Source: Spizellomyces punctatus DAOM BR117
Lineage: Eukaryota
NCBI GenBank assembly: GCA_000182565.2
Contig: KQ257461.1
Strand: one strand, 5' to 3'
DNA: 64,000 nt
Below are positions 38,025 through 51,327 of the stretch, piece by piece. The notes under the pieces were generated by a model. That model saw only the letters and a list, made by a program, of their open reading frames with translations. It ran no database searches and was not told the DNA's origin. Within the stretch, counting starts at the first letter, position 1; the number at the start of each line of letters is the position of its first letter. The position numbers were made by a program, and so were the translations under genes.

Positions 38025-38600
38025 TTCAGGCGCTTGAGAAGAACATCCATTATTGTGTGTGTGAAAGGGAACTACTTGCATTAGAATGAACTCTACGGAT
38101 AAACGTGGGATTGCTGGGTTTTGATGGACGACCAGTTGGGACGCTGGCTATTTGCGGGGGATGCTAGGTCGCTCAAGGTTTTTTTTATTGTAGTTACGCA
38201 AAATCGTTTTTAGTATGCTCGGGATGCTCCTTATGTAATGACGAAGATTACAATGACATGAAATTTTGCTCAGTATCTTCGAGATTTCCACATAGGAATG
38301 AATCGCCTCCACGTCTTTGACGACTCTACACAGCGACCTCAATCAGCTGGAGCTGCCTCTGCTCTACATTGACAATGGCCAGAGGAGCAGATCTGGCCCG
38401 TAAACGAATACCCTAAATTCCAGGTCCCCCAAAGCTGTCGTCCTAGGAAGTGATCGTATGCTACTCCGCCCATGAGTAGTGCCGAGACTCTACGAACCCT
38501 ACCCATACGATAAATACTCACATCTAAAGTGCTTACAGATCATCTATCCAAAACAATTAATTGCTCGTAGTGGTGGAAGCTGCGTTTGGGTTCGATGTTG

Positions 38601-38610
38601 GTCACGTGAC
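38601..38610. promoter_or_regulatory. Perfect palindromic E-box GTCACGTGAC ~90 bp upstream of RPL42
   Basis: Seen directly; matches the Cbf1/CLEAR-type bHLH site. Confidence 0.5.
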
Positions 38611-38700
38611 ATGAGCATCTGTCAAAATGATGGCCGTACTGCGTGTGGTGAAGAGTCCCTCCTGAATTCGTCCAAACATCTGTGGTCAACGCCGTTCACC

Positions 38701-39501
38701 ATGGTACGTATTCCTGCATCCATCCATCCATCCGTCTCGTCCATCTGTCCGTCATCACGGTGCTGGAGTGTGGAGTAGGGCGGGGAGGAAAAGTTTGGAG
38801 ACTTTTAGAAAAGAGCTGAAGCATGGAGGAGGGAGGGCGGATTTCATGGGCTGGAGAGACATGCGAAATGGCGAAAATTGAGCTTGGACATGCGCGAGTG
38901 GAACCTATGCGAGACCTAGTGCTGAATTATGCTGATATCGGTTGTCCTTTCTAGGTCAACATCCCGAAAACCCGGAACACCTACTGCAAGGGGAAGGACT
39001 GCAAGAAGCACACCCCCCACAAGGTGACCCAATACAAGACGGGAAAGGCGTCTTTGTTCGCTCAAGGTACGTGTAAAGTGGAAATATCACCATGTGAAAT
39101 GTATGTAGAAGGGGAGATGGGCAAAGTGTTGACGAAGGGTGGATTTCGGTGGAAACAAATGCAATTGAGGAAATGGATGTCCGTTTCAGCCGAAGCAAAT
39201 CTGACATATGGATGTCCCTACTAGGTAAGCGTCGTTACGACCGCAAGCAGTCCGGTTTCGGTGGTCAGACCAAGCCGGTGTTCCACAAGAAGGCAAAGAC
39301 CACGAAGAAGGTCGTGCTTCGTTTGGAATGCACTGTCTGCAAGTACAAGCAGCAGATTGCATTGAAGCGATGCAAGCACTTTGAGCTCGGTATGTACTCG
39401 ATGTCGTTCCTAATCTCAAATAGCCGTTATTTCTCATTCCCATTGTTCGCAATCAAAAAGGTGGTGACAAGAAGACCAAGGGTGCTGCCCTCCAGTTCTA
39501 A
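38701..39501 (+). CDS. RPL42: 60S ribosomal protein eL42 (L44/L36a), 4 exons
   Basis: ATG-only first exon, then [11 protein letters not shown]...[45 protein letters not shown]...CKHFELG and [12 protein letters not shown]. Confidence 0.97.
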
Positions 39502-40153
39502 GCGCAATGTGGTCGTGATCAGAGTTGCTGGTGGAAGGACATGGTGGTCCGGGGGGTGTCCTGTACGAGAGCAGGCACTGTTGTATTCAATCTTGTCAAT
39601 ATAATTCTCGACCCTTTCCGTCTTGGAATATATAATCAGACCGTAATGGAACAGAGGAGGTGATGGTCTCTGCGCAATGTGGAGTGGAGAAAAGATGTGG
39701 AAAGCCCCATTTTCGATGGAGAATCTAATGCTGTGATTGTGCATTCCATATTGTGATTATGGCATGCCTGTTGTCGTTCTATGTCCCAGATCAACGTCAC
39801 GTTGATTTGCATAAGCCGGAGGCCAAGGTGTCAGATACCGGCCCCATCCACCGTGCAACACTTAATCACACATTGGAGCTGGCGTTCTGAACATCTTTCG
39901 TTTACCATAGCCATTCACCCCGAAGTTGCTTCGTAAAGGCGCTCTTTCCTTGCCTTTTTCTTTGAAGCGACATTCGCCGCATGGAACAGCCACGCACAAT
40001 AGCATTAATCGACAGACGGCTTTGACAGCCACTTTCTACCGTGGAAGTTGAGCATACCTGGGCCGTCCTCCTCAAAGACAGTTTAGAACGGACTAGTTTT
40101 GCAGTGGCGGTCTCACTCCTTTAGAGTAAATTCTCCAGCGACGATCTGATCAT

Positions 40154-43100
40154 ATGGAGGCGGGAGGGAGTCGAGATCGCGGCCATCCAGAGGAGGTGGG
40201 CAGGCAAACACCACCACCTGTTCCATCTAAAGGGCCATTACTTGGACAAGAGCCGGTACGACAAGCGCAAAGCAGTGGCGGCGGTACGTTTGCTGGTGCG
40301 ACAAACACGCATCCAGATGGGGTACCACAGCGACAAGGGAGCATTGGAGCAGGAAATCAGACGTCGAGTCAGCGGGCAAGCATGCTACCAATCTCTGCTT
40401 CTGGGCCTGGAGGTGGGTCGGGTGGGAAGCGCACTCCAGCACAACTAGCTTTGCAGAATGTGTTTGCCCGCTTTGTCCGAGCTGCAGAGTTGAAAGTGAA
40501 CACATTGATGCACCTCCAACCCTTGGTACGTGCTGTGACCTTAGCACTCCTTTACCAAAGGAGAATATCTGCATGGTGTGCAGGTCATTGTCTGTGTCTC
40601 TGCAGCTACTCATCGGTGATCATCTACGTCCCAGGATCGGGAGCTTGATCTCTTTGCACCAATTCGTCCGGGAACCGATAAGACGCTTGATTGTCTACTG
40701 GAGTCGGTTGGATCTGTTGCCAAACATTGTCCAAAACTGATGATCGACAGTATAATGGTCTGGCGAAAGTCGAAAAGCGAAGCATCTCCCGGTGAAGGAA
40801 CACGCAACATGTATGGTGGCGGAACAACGTACAGTAGTTTCTTCTGCGATGGTTGACACGTCTTTTTTTGACAGCACAACTTTGTATCCTCATTTAAAAG
40901 GAAAAGACATTGAAAACATTTTAAAGGAACGAAAATCGGTACGCAATTGGTTGGTGGTACCCGATTACCCAGTAAGATCGTCGATTGAACCCCTTTTTGA
41001 AAACGTAGCTAGTTTCCAATTTCATACTGTGCCGCGTTCTCACTGCCATCATACAACGATTAACACGGGAAACACTGCCAGATGACTTGGCTGAAAAGCT
41101 AGAAGATATGGTATTTGGACAGCTCCGAAACGCAGACCCGTGAGTTCCTCAAGGCTTTCGACTTTCCCAAAAAAAATCGAATGTAATTATCGTGCAATAT
41201 ATGTGCAGTGATCTAACGATCCGATCTGTCAATCGGCAAGCAAATATTGATCTATTCGCGGAGCTCGCTGGAGCGCTATCCAACATTCGGTTAGTGCTCT
41301 CACTGTTGATTTTGCGCTGCTGATTGGGAGAAAGAATGACATGAGTATCTTGCGTCGCCGAAAGATTCGCCACTGTGAGTGGGCGATTCGTTTCAGAACT
41401 TTCCAAGGCAGCTACCTTGAAAGAAGGAAAGCTGGACCTTTTCATTCGCAGTATGAGATTTCTGAAGCTCAAGGTACGTGCTGATATGCTGCCTCATATT
41501 TTGTCTTACAGATGCAAGAGCTTAAAATTTTTCAGATATATCCCATGGATGAACTGGAAAATACGGCCGACTTTTTGCAGACATGTGCTGAGTTGTTTCA
41601 TGATGCGCATAGCTCTCGGATAAAGCATGCATATGCTGAAGTGTTTGTCCAGCTGCTGGAACCCATAGCGGCGGTAAGAGGTAGCGCGTACAAAAGTCCC
41701 TATTACGACAGTAGGCTGACACTAGTCATTAGGTTGCAACCGCGGAAGTGAATCTTCCAGCATGGATGAAAACTGTGGAGCTGATTTTCCCAAAGGCGAA
41801 TAAGATGGTTAGCAAGCCGCGACATTTGCAGGTTGGAACCCATCATGTTGTATCGCTTGAATGGCCCAATTGTAGTTACCGCTATTATCTCTTCAGGCTG
41901 CACTGCCGTTGATCAATACACTATTGTGTGTATCACGAAAGGATTTCTTTCACAAGCATTGGGGTGATTTTACGGAGCTTTGCGTCAAACAGCTACGAGA
42001 TAAGCTACTACGGACGATCGCGCTTTCGTCAATCACCCGGCTACTTTGGGTTTACCTCTTCCGGTGCAGCGAAACATCTACCGCCAATGTATATCGGCGC
42101 ATAGATTCAATTACAAAGGTCCTATTTCCTCCGAATCGGCGAGGCGTCGTTCCTGCGGAAACCAGCCTGCACGCGTTCGTTCAAATTGTTTACTTTATTT
42201 GTGTACGGTATCCTGAATATGGAGCCAACAATGTGCTGACCAACCTGCTTGGGATTGAGCATGGGGCAGCAGTGCTTTCGGGACCAAGCAATGCGATCAC
42301 GGCCTCCAGTAATGCAATTATTTCAACCTCGAGTATTCTCATGGGTGAGAAAGGATCAGCCACTTCCGCTGTGCCGAGTACAATGCTGGATGATTGGACT
42401 ACCAACACGATGTTGACTGGCTCCAGCTCTGTGTCTACAGCATCTAACATGGTCGTTGGCGATACGGTTGTGAATCCCGAGCGCCTATTGATAGCGCTTA
42501 GAGCATTCTTGCTTTTACTGGCGGATATGGAAGAAGCGTTGGGTAATGGCCAAAAGGAAAATGCAGGGCTAACCGCTGGTACGGTTTCTGCTGTTAGTGG
42601 GAACGCTGGAACTGGCAAGGTGGTGGTGGAGGCCAAGGTTAACCTGCCAGCGCCACCTTTTCCGCAAGTCGATTGGCATTATACCAGCAGCTACTTTGGC
42701 ATTGATGTTCTAAACAAAATGAGAGAACGGACCTCCAGAGCAGAAGTATCTGGGGATATACGGATGCCCTTATCTGAAATGTTCTTTATCGTATGGGGAG
42801 TAGTATGCGAGACTCGTTAGAGCGCTTCACTGAGACCCTTGCAAGAGTTGCCGTTGCATTGGATAATGTTTGTGGATGGTCATTGCTCACCGAACACGGG
42901 TGCTATGTTATCTGCAATTGCAGCGTCGACCCCCGGGACNNNNNNNNNNNNNNNNNNNNNNNNNNNNNNNNNNNNNNNNNNNNNNNNNNNNNNNNNNNNN
43001 NNNNNNNNNNNNNNNNNNNNNNNNNNNNNNNNNNNNNNNNNNNNNNNNNNNNNNNNNNNNNNNNNNNNNNNNNNNNNNNNNNNNNNNNNNNNNNNNNNNN

Positions 43101-46100
43101 NNNNNNNNNNNNNNNNNNNNNNNNNNNNNNNNNNNNNNNNNNNNNNNNNNNNNNNNNNNNNNNNNNNNNNNNNNNNNNNNNNNNNNNNNNNNNNNNNNNN
43201 NNNNNNNNNNNNNNNNNNNNNNNNNNNNNNNNNNNNNNNNNNNNNNNNNNNNNNNNNCCCCAGCGCGCAAAAGTTCTGGGATATGAAGGGACCAGTATTG
43301 CTGGGAGGTCGTGCGGATTGCGGCCAATACTGGCATAGGCATCTTAAATGAACGATACTCTGACATTTTGACAAACCTGGCATTTGACGGCCATCAAGGA
43401 GCGACGTGGTCGGTTCTTACAAACTACATTGCATTACTTCAAATATGGCTTGAGGAGGTGAAAGAATCGCCAAAGCTGTGGGATGACATGGAAGCCGATT
43501 GGATTGTAGAAGAAATTGAGAGTCGAGGTTTACTTTTCCTCTGTTCGCAAGTTCCTTCTGTCCGAAAGCAAGCTATCCGGATCCTCCAATTCGCTGACCA
43601 ATTTGAGAGGGCGTTGAAAGGGCGCCCGATGGATGATTTGGAGGAGCAATTTCCTGGTTTAACAAAAGCTGAGGCTCGACGCCAGACTCTCCGTCGGCAG
43701 TCTCGCAATGACTTGCGCAGGCAGTACACATTGCAGCGCAACGTTTACAACGCACAGATGGACGTCGGACGGAGCCGCATTGGACGCATCATGGAAGAAT
43801 GCGGGCCAGACCTCGTGCGAAGACACTATCATGATCCCGTATTGGCTGCATCTACGCGTAGCGAACATCAAAAACTACAACAACAGCAAAGGCAGCAACA
43901 GTACCTCAATGTCGTCTCTGCTAAAGATACCCTCATTCATATTGCCGGTTCTGACGTTCAGCAGGATGCGATTATATGGAACCGGTGTTTCCCCGATCTG
44001 ATAAAATGGTGCTTTCAATATGCGAGCCCGAGGACGCTGCAGCTGTGTTTGCGCGATGTATGCTCAAGATTACTTGTAATGCAGGCTAGCATTGTTTCAG
44101 CTGCCGAACAAACCGGCGGAGCGGGAAAAGTTAGTACAGGAACAGTGAAATGGGCCAATGACCGTACGGGCTTTGGTGGCAGTGGAACCAACAAAGGGCT
44201 AACGGGCACTGTGCTCAGTCTGACAGATGAGATGGTGGATCAATGGAAAGTCTACATGGTCTTTGCGTGTGCCAGCATTGAGATTACCCGCGCGACTGCT
44301 GAGACGAGCGCGGGGCACGGCGTGGTTGGAGTGAGCGGGTCATTTTTGGAGCGAGATCGAACGGATCCTTTTTCGATGGAGCCAGGTGCTCCACAGAGGC
44401 TTCTTTCCAAAGCTACTGGAAGTGCACAGCCCATTGCCTCCGCCCACCAACTCTTTCAAATGGTGTTTCCACTTCTCTCCAGTGAACGCTCCTCAATTCG
44501 ACAAGCGGCCGTGACCTCACTCGGCGCGATTCATTGGCTCAGTTATCAGACTTTTCTGGAAGACGTCCAATCTTATATGAAATCGGTGGTGGATGACCTG
44601 AGGGCAAAAGCTGCTATGGGTAAGGGTGAAAACAAGGACAGTGGTCGCAAGGCCGGATCTAGTCAGGCGCTTGCGCAAACAGCACAAACCAAACGTTTCG
44701 AACGCGTACGCATGGAACTCACCCACGTTCTCTCGCTTGTTGCGGATTTTGTGGACCACGTCCAATACCGCCGAAATGACTCTCTTATGACTGGTGTCAT
44801 CACATATATTCGCGAAATGGCCCGATTCCTCTCTGACGCGGATGTTCAATTGGAGTGGGACCATCAGATGCTGCGTTACTATTACAGTGGCTTCATCGAG
44901 CGATTTTACGACCATCTCGTGGCAGCTGTTGACAGTTCAGATGACGGAACAAATTTCAGCAGAGAGTCGGAAAATATGGAACGGTATATGCCTTACGATC
45001 TACGGCTGGGATTATTCCGTCTCTTTGAACAATGGTGTGGTTACGGGCAATATCGTGGAAGAACCCGTGAAAGAGAAGCAAAAATGATGCTTTCCGTGCT
45101 TGATCAGGTGAAGGATATCCGGGAAAGAGGCGCATTGACCTCAACAATGGAGGAACAGCGAAAGGCGCTGGAAACTGCTTCCCTCAAAGCGATGGCTGCG
45201 TTATGCAAAGGACCTATTGTCAATCCACGCGATTCTGCTGTAGGATTCGAGTTCAAAGCACTCGTTTCGTGGATTGACTCTATCTTCGCGTCACCAGATG
45301 AAAAGTTCCATGTCATTGCGCGAGCAGCTCTGGAAGCTCTCCTTACGCACAATCGAAAAAACGAACAGCTTTTAAGCGATGTCGTACGGCAATGCTACAT
45401 CGGGGATGTTCACAGCAATGTAACTGTCGGGTATTTCATGGCACTTGTGGATATTTTCGTTCGGGAGGAGGCGTATCCTTGCGCACCTTCCCGAATGTGT
45501 GCACTTGCCCTTTACAAAGCCGGTGATCCGAACCTTCACATACGACGTGGATCCGTTCGCCTGCTGCGCGCAATAGAAAATCGTTTCTGGGGCGACAAGA
45601 CGAATAAAGCCAAGTATGGCGTTGTGCGCAACCTGGTGAAGGAGTTCTTCGGTCCTCCTCCACAACTGTCAGATCTCGATGCCCATATGCTGGAGCATCG
45701 ATTGGATCCAGATGGAAACGATGGTTGGGATGACGAAGCTGCCATCATGGCTGCGATGGCTTTGATTGACGAAGAGCATGCTACGTATGAAGCCGCTGCC
45801 ATTGCCAGCTCTTTACCGATTGTGTATAAATATGCACAGGCAATGGTGTCCGCCAGACTGGCGAGCGAGCGAGGTGAAATGACTCACGAGGTTGGCGTCC
45901 CATGTAATGGTTGAGTTTTCGCCAATTTTGCTAATTGTTTTATCTTGTTGTTAGATGCTATCGGAAATGGTTTTGATCTCTGAGCTGGTAGCAAACGGAA
46001 ATGGGCAAAAATCAGGAAACCCTCATGGAGTACGGGATATCCTTATCTTCATGGTTCCTTGGGTTCGAAATGTCGAGTTGGCACCGATCCCTACCGACGG

Positions 46101-49100
46101 AGCTCTTAGGGGCACTTCCGAAATCGTGATGACCAACCTATTCTATTTGACCGTGAAGTATGGTGACGAATATGTCACGGAGATTGAAAACCTGTGGGCG
46201 CAGCTTGTTGAGCCAGTCACGGAATCAAACGAGGGTAACGATGGTGATCGTGAGGCCGGTGCGGAAGATTTGCGATCCCAATCCCGTGATGGCGCAGATT
46301 CGGAAGCATATGCTATCATTGAGCGTCACGTTAGTACAGCCGTTGAGTACTTGCTCAATGTCGGCGTGCAAAAACGCAACCCCAATTTTGTTCGGCATGC
46401 GAAGAAGGTTATGGTGTACCTGGCAAGAACTCTGGCGTGCGCACAGCTGGTTGACGCCCTCGTCGAGCGCATTACTCCGCAAAGTCTGGTGCCAAGCGGG
46501 ATATCGGGTGATACATCTACGCCGGCGATTGAAATGACCAAAACGAAACACCTTCCACGTCCACCTCTGTACATGGCTGACTTGGAGCAAGTATTGATAG
46601 ATATGCCGAAGCGGCCTGCCTTTTCCAAGGGGCAGCTTGCATGTGTTCTCCTTGTGGACCTAGCTGTGGAAGTTGGAGCAGCCCTGAGGCCACACCTACC
46701 ACTTTTGTTGCACATCATTTTTGTTCAACTCGATCACTTCATTACCCTTATATGTGAGCAAAACCGGCTGCTGCTCATCAACCTCATCCAGTCAATCGTC
46801 CCACGTGATGTTGCTGGTGAACATATCGATACAGTCCACGCTGCTCTCAGCTTGAAAGAAGGAAAGCGGCTCTGGCCTTACGAGGATATCACGCCGAAAA
46901 ATCACGATATCGAATCTGAACATCAGCTTGGTGCATTGGTCGTCGATGTTCTGGATCTTCTGTCGGTGGTTGACTGTGATCTTGTCCAATCTTGGGGCGA
47001 GACTGCTCTCGCGTGGGCGACGAGTTGTCCTGTTCGACATGTTGCGTGTCGTTCACTTCAAATTTTCCGAACTCTAATGCCAGCCTTCAGTCAAAGGATG
47101 CTCGGGGAACTCTTGCAACGGTTGGCAAATACGTTGGCGGATCCCACGGAGGAGATACAGGGGTTTGCCCTGGAGAACATCATGACGCTTACGGCAATGA
47201 TTGACAGTCTTGATGGGTATCGATTGATACTGTTTCCTCAATTTTTCTGGGCCGCAGTAGCATGCATTCATTCGCCCCACGAGTGGGAATACTTGGAAGG
47301 CGTCAGGCTGTTGGAGAAGATTCTCAAAAAACTGAACCTAGATGATCCTAGTTGTCGCAATATTCTGCTCATCAACCTACCAACGAAATGGAGAGGACAA
47401 TTTACGGGTTTGCAGTCGCTACTGTTGCGGGGGCTTTCGTCTTCCGTTACAGAACAGTCATCACTGCGACTAATCAATTCGCTCGTGTTTCTGGATGACG
47501 GGTCTCTGGTCGACACGTCCAACACCCGAGTCCTGTTTACTCTTTTAGCGAACCTTCCTCGCTGGATGCAAACTTTTGAGGCCGACCCGAGTGCGGAGGG
47601 CGGAAAGGCGGCAGGAGCGACTATAGAGGAATGCACAGCTGTGGCTGCCGCCATTTCAGAGTTTGTTGGGAAGAAAGGACACGCTGGTATTGCCCGGTTG
47701 ATGTCTTCTTACGCCAAGCAACGATTCAGGAGCAAAGAAGATTTCCTGAGGCAGTTCCTATCCTTGATCAAGGACGCCTTCTTTCCTACTCATGAGGTGG
47801 ATGCCCTTCAATTTCTCATGGGGTTATTATCCAATTCCCACCGATTTTACCGACGACGTGTCCTGGCCATTATCAAGTTTATGTTGCCTACGCTGGACTC
47901 TTGCAGGCCGGCATTTGGTGGTGGCGGTCAACCGCTACTGGCCCTAAACAGCCTTGATGAGGAGCTGATTGCACCTCTTCTGACAATATTGCAAACGGAT
48001 CTGGCTATAGAAGCATTGGAAGTGCTGGATGAAGCGCTTTCGGGGACGATAGCCATCGGGGAGTCGAACCTTCGGTTGGTGTTTGGTGGGAAAAGCATCT
48101 ACAAAATTGCCCGTGAAGGCGGCGCGCAGGTAGATGCCTTACCGGCAATGTTGGCGAGTCCAGCGATTAACAACACCACCGAAACTGTTGAAGACAGTGG
48201 CTGGCGTGTAAAGGACTTCAACGCCACTGCACGGGTGGCCCGATACAATATGACCGGGGTTGCGTCGACTTGTGGAGGTGCGCACGACCTTGCCGGCTTA
48301 GGGAGAAAAACCAGTTACAGTGGAGGTGTCGCGGATCGAGACAGTGGACGGGGCGTCCGACCTAGTCCGACCAGCAATATTTTGGTAGGAGGCAGTACCA
48401 GAGAACGACGTGGATCCCAGCCAGACAAGATATTGAATGACCAAAGCGCAAGCGGAAAACTGGAGCTATGGGCATTGGATGACGTGAATGGAAATTTACT
48501 GGACACATTGAACGACCTTAATGCTTTCTTTGGCCAGGACGACAATTTTGAGCAGGACTTTGAGGAATCAGGAGTGATAGCTGGCTCACAGTCGCAGCGA
48601 AATAGCGCGGGATTTGATGGGGAGAGCATTTCGGGAATATTTACTAGCTCCAATAGTTCATTATCGACCGAAACTGTTACTGGTGAAACGGTGGCTAAAA
48701 GCCGTAAAGTGTCGCTGAGTTCCCTGCATAGCGAGGTCTCCTATTCTGCAGAATCACTGGGGCCAGCGCTCACTCGAGATACCTCCATGTCATCTTTATT
48801 TGTAAATGGTATACTTGGAGACTATGACCCTTTTGGAAACGGACATGATGAGGACGACGACGACGAGGTCAGTACTGAGACAAGTGTAGATGGGCGGAGA
48901 CATGGACGCTCTATGGGCCATGGTCGCTCGGCTTCTGCTGCACTTGCGCCATTGCCAGATACTAGTATACCGGGCTCGACAATGACAACACCTGCACGAA
49001 GGCTTCTTTCCCAACATGGCGCATTAGCGTTCGTGACGTTCCGGATCCAGACGCGGTATGAGCAGCTGGTGCAAGATGCTGAGTTTGGTCATTGGTTACG

Positions 49101-50408
49101 TGCGGATTTGGCGGGGGTTCTCAGGGTGGACAGCGAACGGGTGGTTCTTGAGAGAGTGGAAGCTGAGGTTGGAGCAAACGGGGGCGTTTTGGTAACTGCC
49201 GCCGTGAAAGGCGAGGAAGAGGGTGGTGGTGGTATTGAGAGTGCTGCGTATGCCGAAGAGCTGGCTGCCTTGATTGTTGGAGGTGAAGAAGAGGGCGATG
49301 AAGGCAAAGCCTTGTATCAAGGAGTGGTCACATACAACGTAGATAAGACATGGATACCAGAGATCCTCATCGGTGAGTATCTAATGATATACTGTTATTT
49401 TGCCAGTGCTCTCTTCCGTTGCTGACCATTGGATGCGGTGCTCACAACTAGGATTTATGGGAATCACAGTTCCATATCTGCCCGAGGGTTTGCGGTATGA
49501 ACTCCCTTACCGCCAACAACATCGCCGAGATCTCAAGCTACAGTCTTTACCATCGTCACCCATACCGAACCCTCATCCATTAACACCACCTCTGGAACCG
49601 ACCCGTACTCAGCCCTCCCTGGAACAAAACCAACGCACAGTCCTCACCGCAGAGACAGCCATAGAAGTCTTTCGAATTTTCCCTGCGTCATTTGAGTTGG
49701 TTGTTCAGCTACTGGAAGACTGGCTAGGATTCGCTGGGGATTTATTGAGCAGCGGAGTGAGAAGTAAGGAGATCGAACGGCTCGCGGCGATGGTGGGCGG
49801 AATGCGGAATGTAGAGGATGGAAATGTTTACAAGCCACCATTGGTTGGGGATGGTGAGGATGGAGAACAGGCTTTGGAAGGTGTTGCAGAGAGACTTTTG
49901 GCTTATCAGCAGGTGTGTATCGTGACAACGCCTACACCGGAACCGTTGTGAAGATCGAGTAAAAATGTCCAGTATTGACCATTTTTCCTTTGTTTACTTT
50001 TTGTATGCAGGTGGACCCAGACTACCTACAGGCCTTCCTCGACGCGCGGCAGCGTCATGTGACAGTCATGAATTCGCAAGTGTCTGGCTACCTTTCCCGC
50101 CGACACGCCATGAGCGAACTTGGCGACATGAGCAACGCGGTGGAACGGGAACGGGTAGTGGGCGAGGCTATGGAACTGGCAAGTCAAGTGGTGAAATTGT
50201 ATTTGGAGGTATTGCAATTGGAGGGACTTTTGGAACGATTTTTGGGTGTCGGACAGGTGAGGCTTTGTGTTTTCTTTTTCTTGCATTGGCTGATGGTCGT
50301 CTGCACGTATTCAAGTTTGATTCTTTCATAATACAGGAACGGCGCACACGCGAAATGGCTGTTGCACGGGAGTGTTGTGAGGTTTGCGTGACCATACGGA
50401 CTGCATAA
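40154..50408 (+). CDS. TAO3: Cell morphogenesis scaffold Tao3/Mor2/Pag1 (Furry family), multi-exon, spans the assembly gap
   Basis: Very large HEAT/ARM-like gene with KHAYAEVFVQLLEPIAA, NLFYLTVKYGD, WGETALAWATSCPVRHVACRSLQIFR and FFWAAVACI. Confidence 0.9.
42940..43257. other. Assembly gap (N run) inside TAO3
   Basis: Run of Ns. Confidence 1.
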
Positions 50409-51327
50409 GAGTTTTCAAAAGGACTTTATCTTTCACTTTCCATCGAATGGATCCCAAAAACAAACTTGTGTGGACATTGGAGCGATACTGTACAGTTCTT
50501 TTTTTATTGTTATTCGGAAATGTTAGTTGTGGGGTGTTGATGGTGTTGATGGGCGTGTGTTTGGAGGGAAAGTTTGTACATTGTATTTTTTCATGTGTTT
50601 TTTAATATACTTTGTAATTTACAAGAAGCAGTAAAGGAAATTTGGTTTAAATGTCCAGATGAACTATGGATGTGCAGTGACGAAACGTCTTTCTGGATTT
50701 TCAACGGAATTTCAAGTTCCAAGATGGAGGATATGATTGTTGGTATTTGCCTTCATCGTCTTTGGATAGCTATTTGCTCGCGAATTCATGGTTCAATACC
50801 GTTGAGGACAGTGAGTATATTAAACCGTCGGTAGGCACGCACCCACCCGACCCATTGAAATTGACTCTCAGGTTAAAAAGTTGGTGTGGCATGTCGTTTC
50901 TGTGTTTTAAGTTTAAGAGGGCAATTGGGTAATCACCCGGACCCATAACTTCAACAGTTGTTCAGCCTCAGATAGATCATGTAGACACTAGGAAATATGA
51001 ACATGATATGCTCCTGCTCGTTCGCATTAAACGAAGAGAGAGTGCAAAACAATGCTCTCCATTCATCTCTAGCGTAACACCGCTAACGTCCTCAGCCGGA
51101 GCACATCAAAGTAACGAGAGCTACACGATGGGGAATGAGGGGTACCATTATGAGGCTCATCTCAATAGCAGATGTGATCTAGCAGACAGTGGTGTCCTTG
51201 TGGTAGCAAGTGAGCCAAACTAATGCTAACGTCTACAAGTCGTCTCATCAGGTTGGAAACCGGCGGCATAAATGTGTGGATGACCAGCAACCACACGTCG
51301 TAAACCCAAGACAGCGTGATAGGGGTA

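Noticed and set aside
38704-39224. Intronic snoRNAs in RPL42
   Set aside because: No convincing C/D or H/ACA box arrangement is visible by eye.
39225-39390. Cycloheximide-resistance allele of eL42
   Set aside because: The sequence reads QTKPVF, with Pro at the P56 position, which is the ordinary sensitive form.
42793-43383. ORFs containing X runs
   Set aside because: Artefacts of the N gap.
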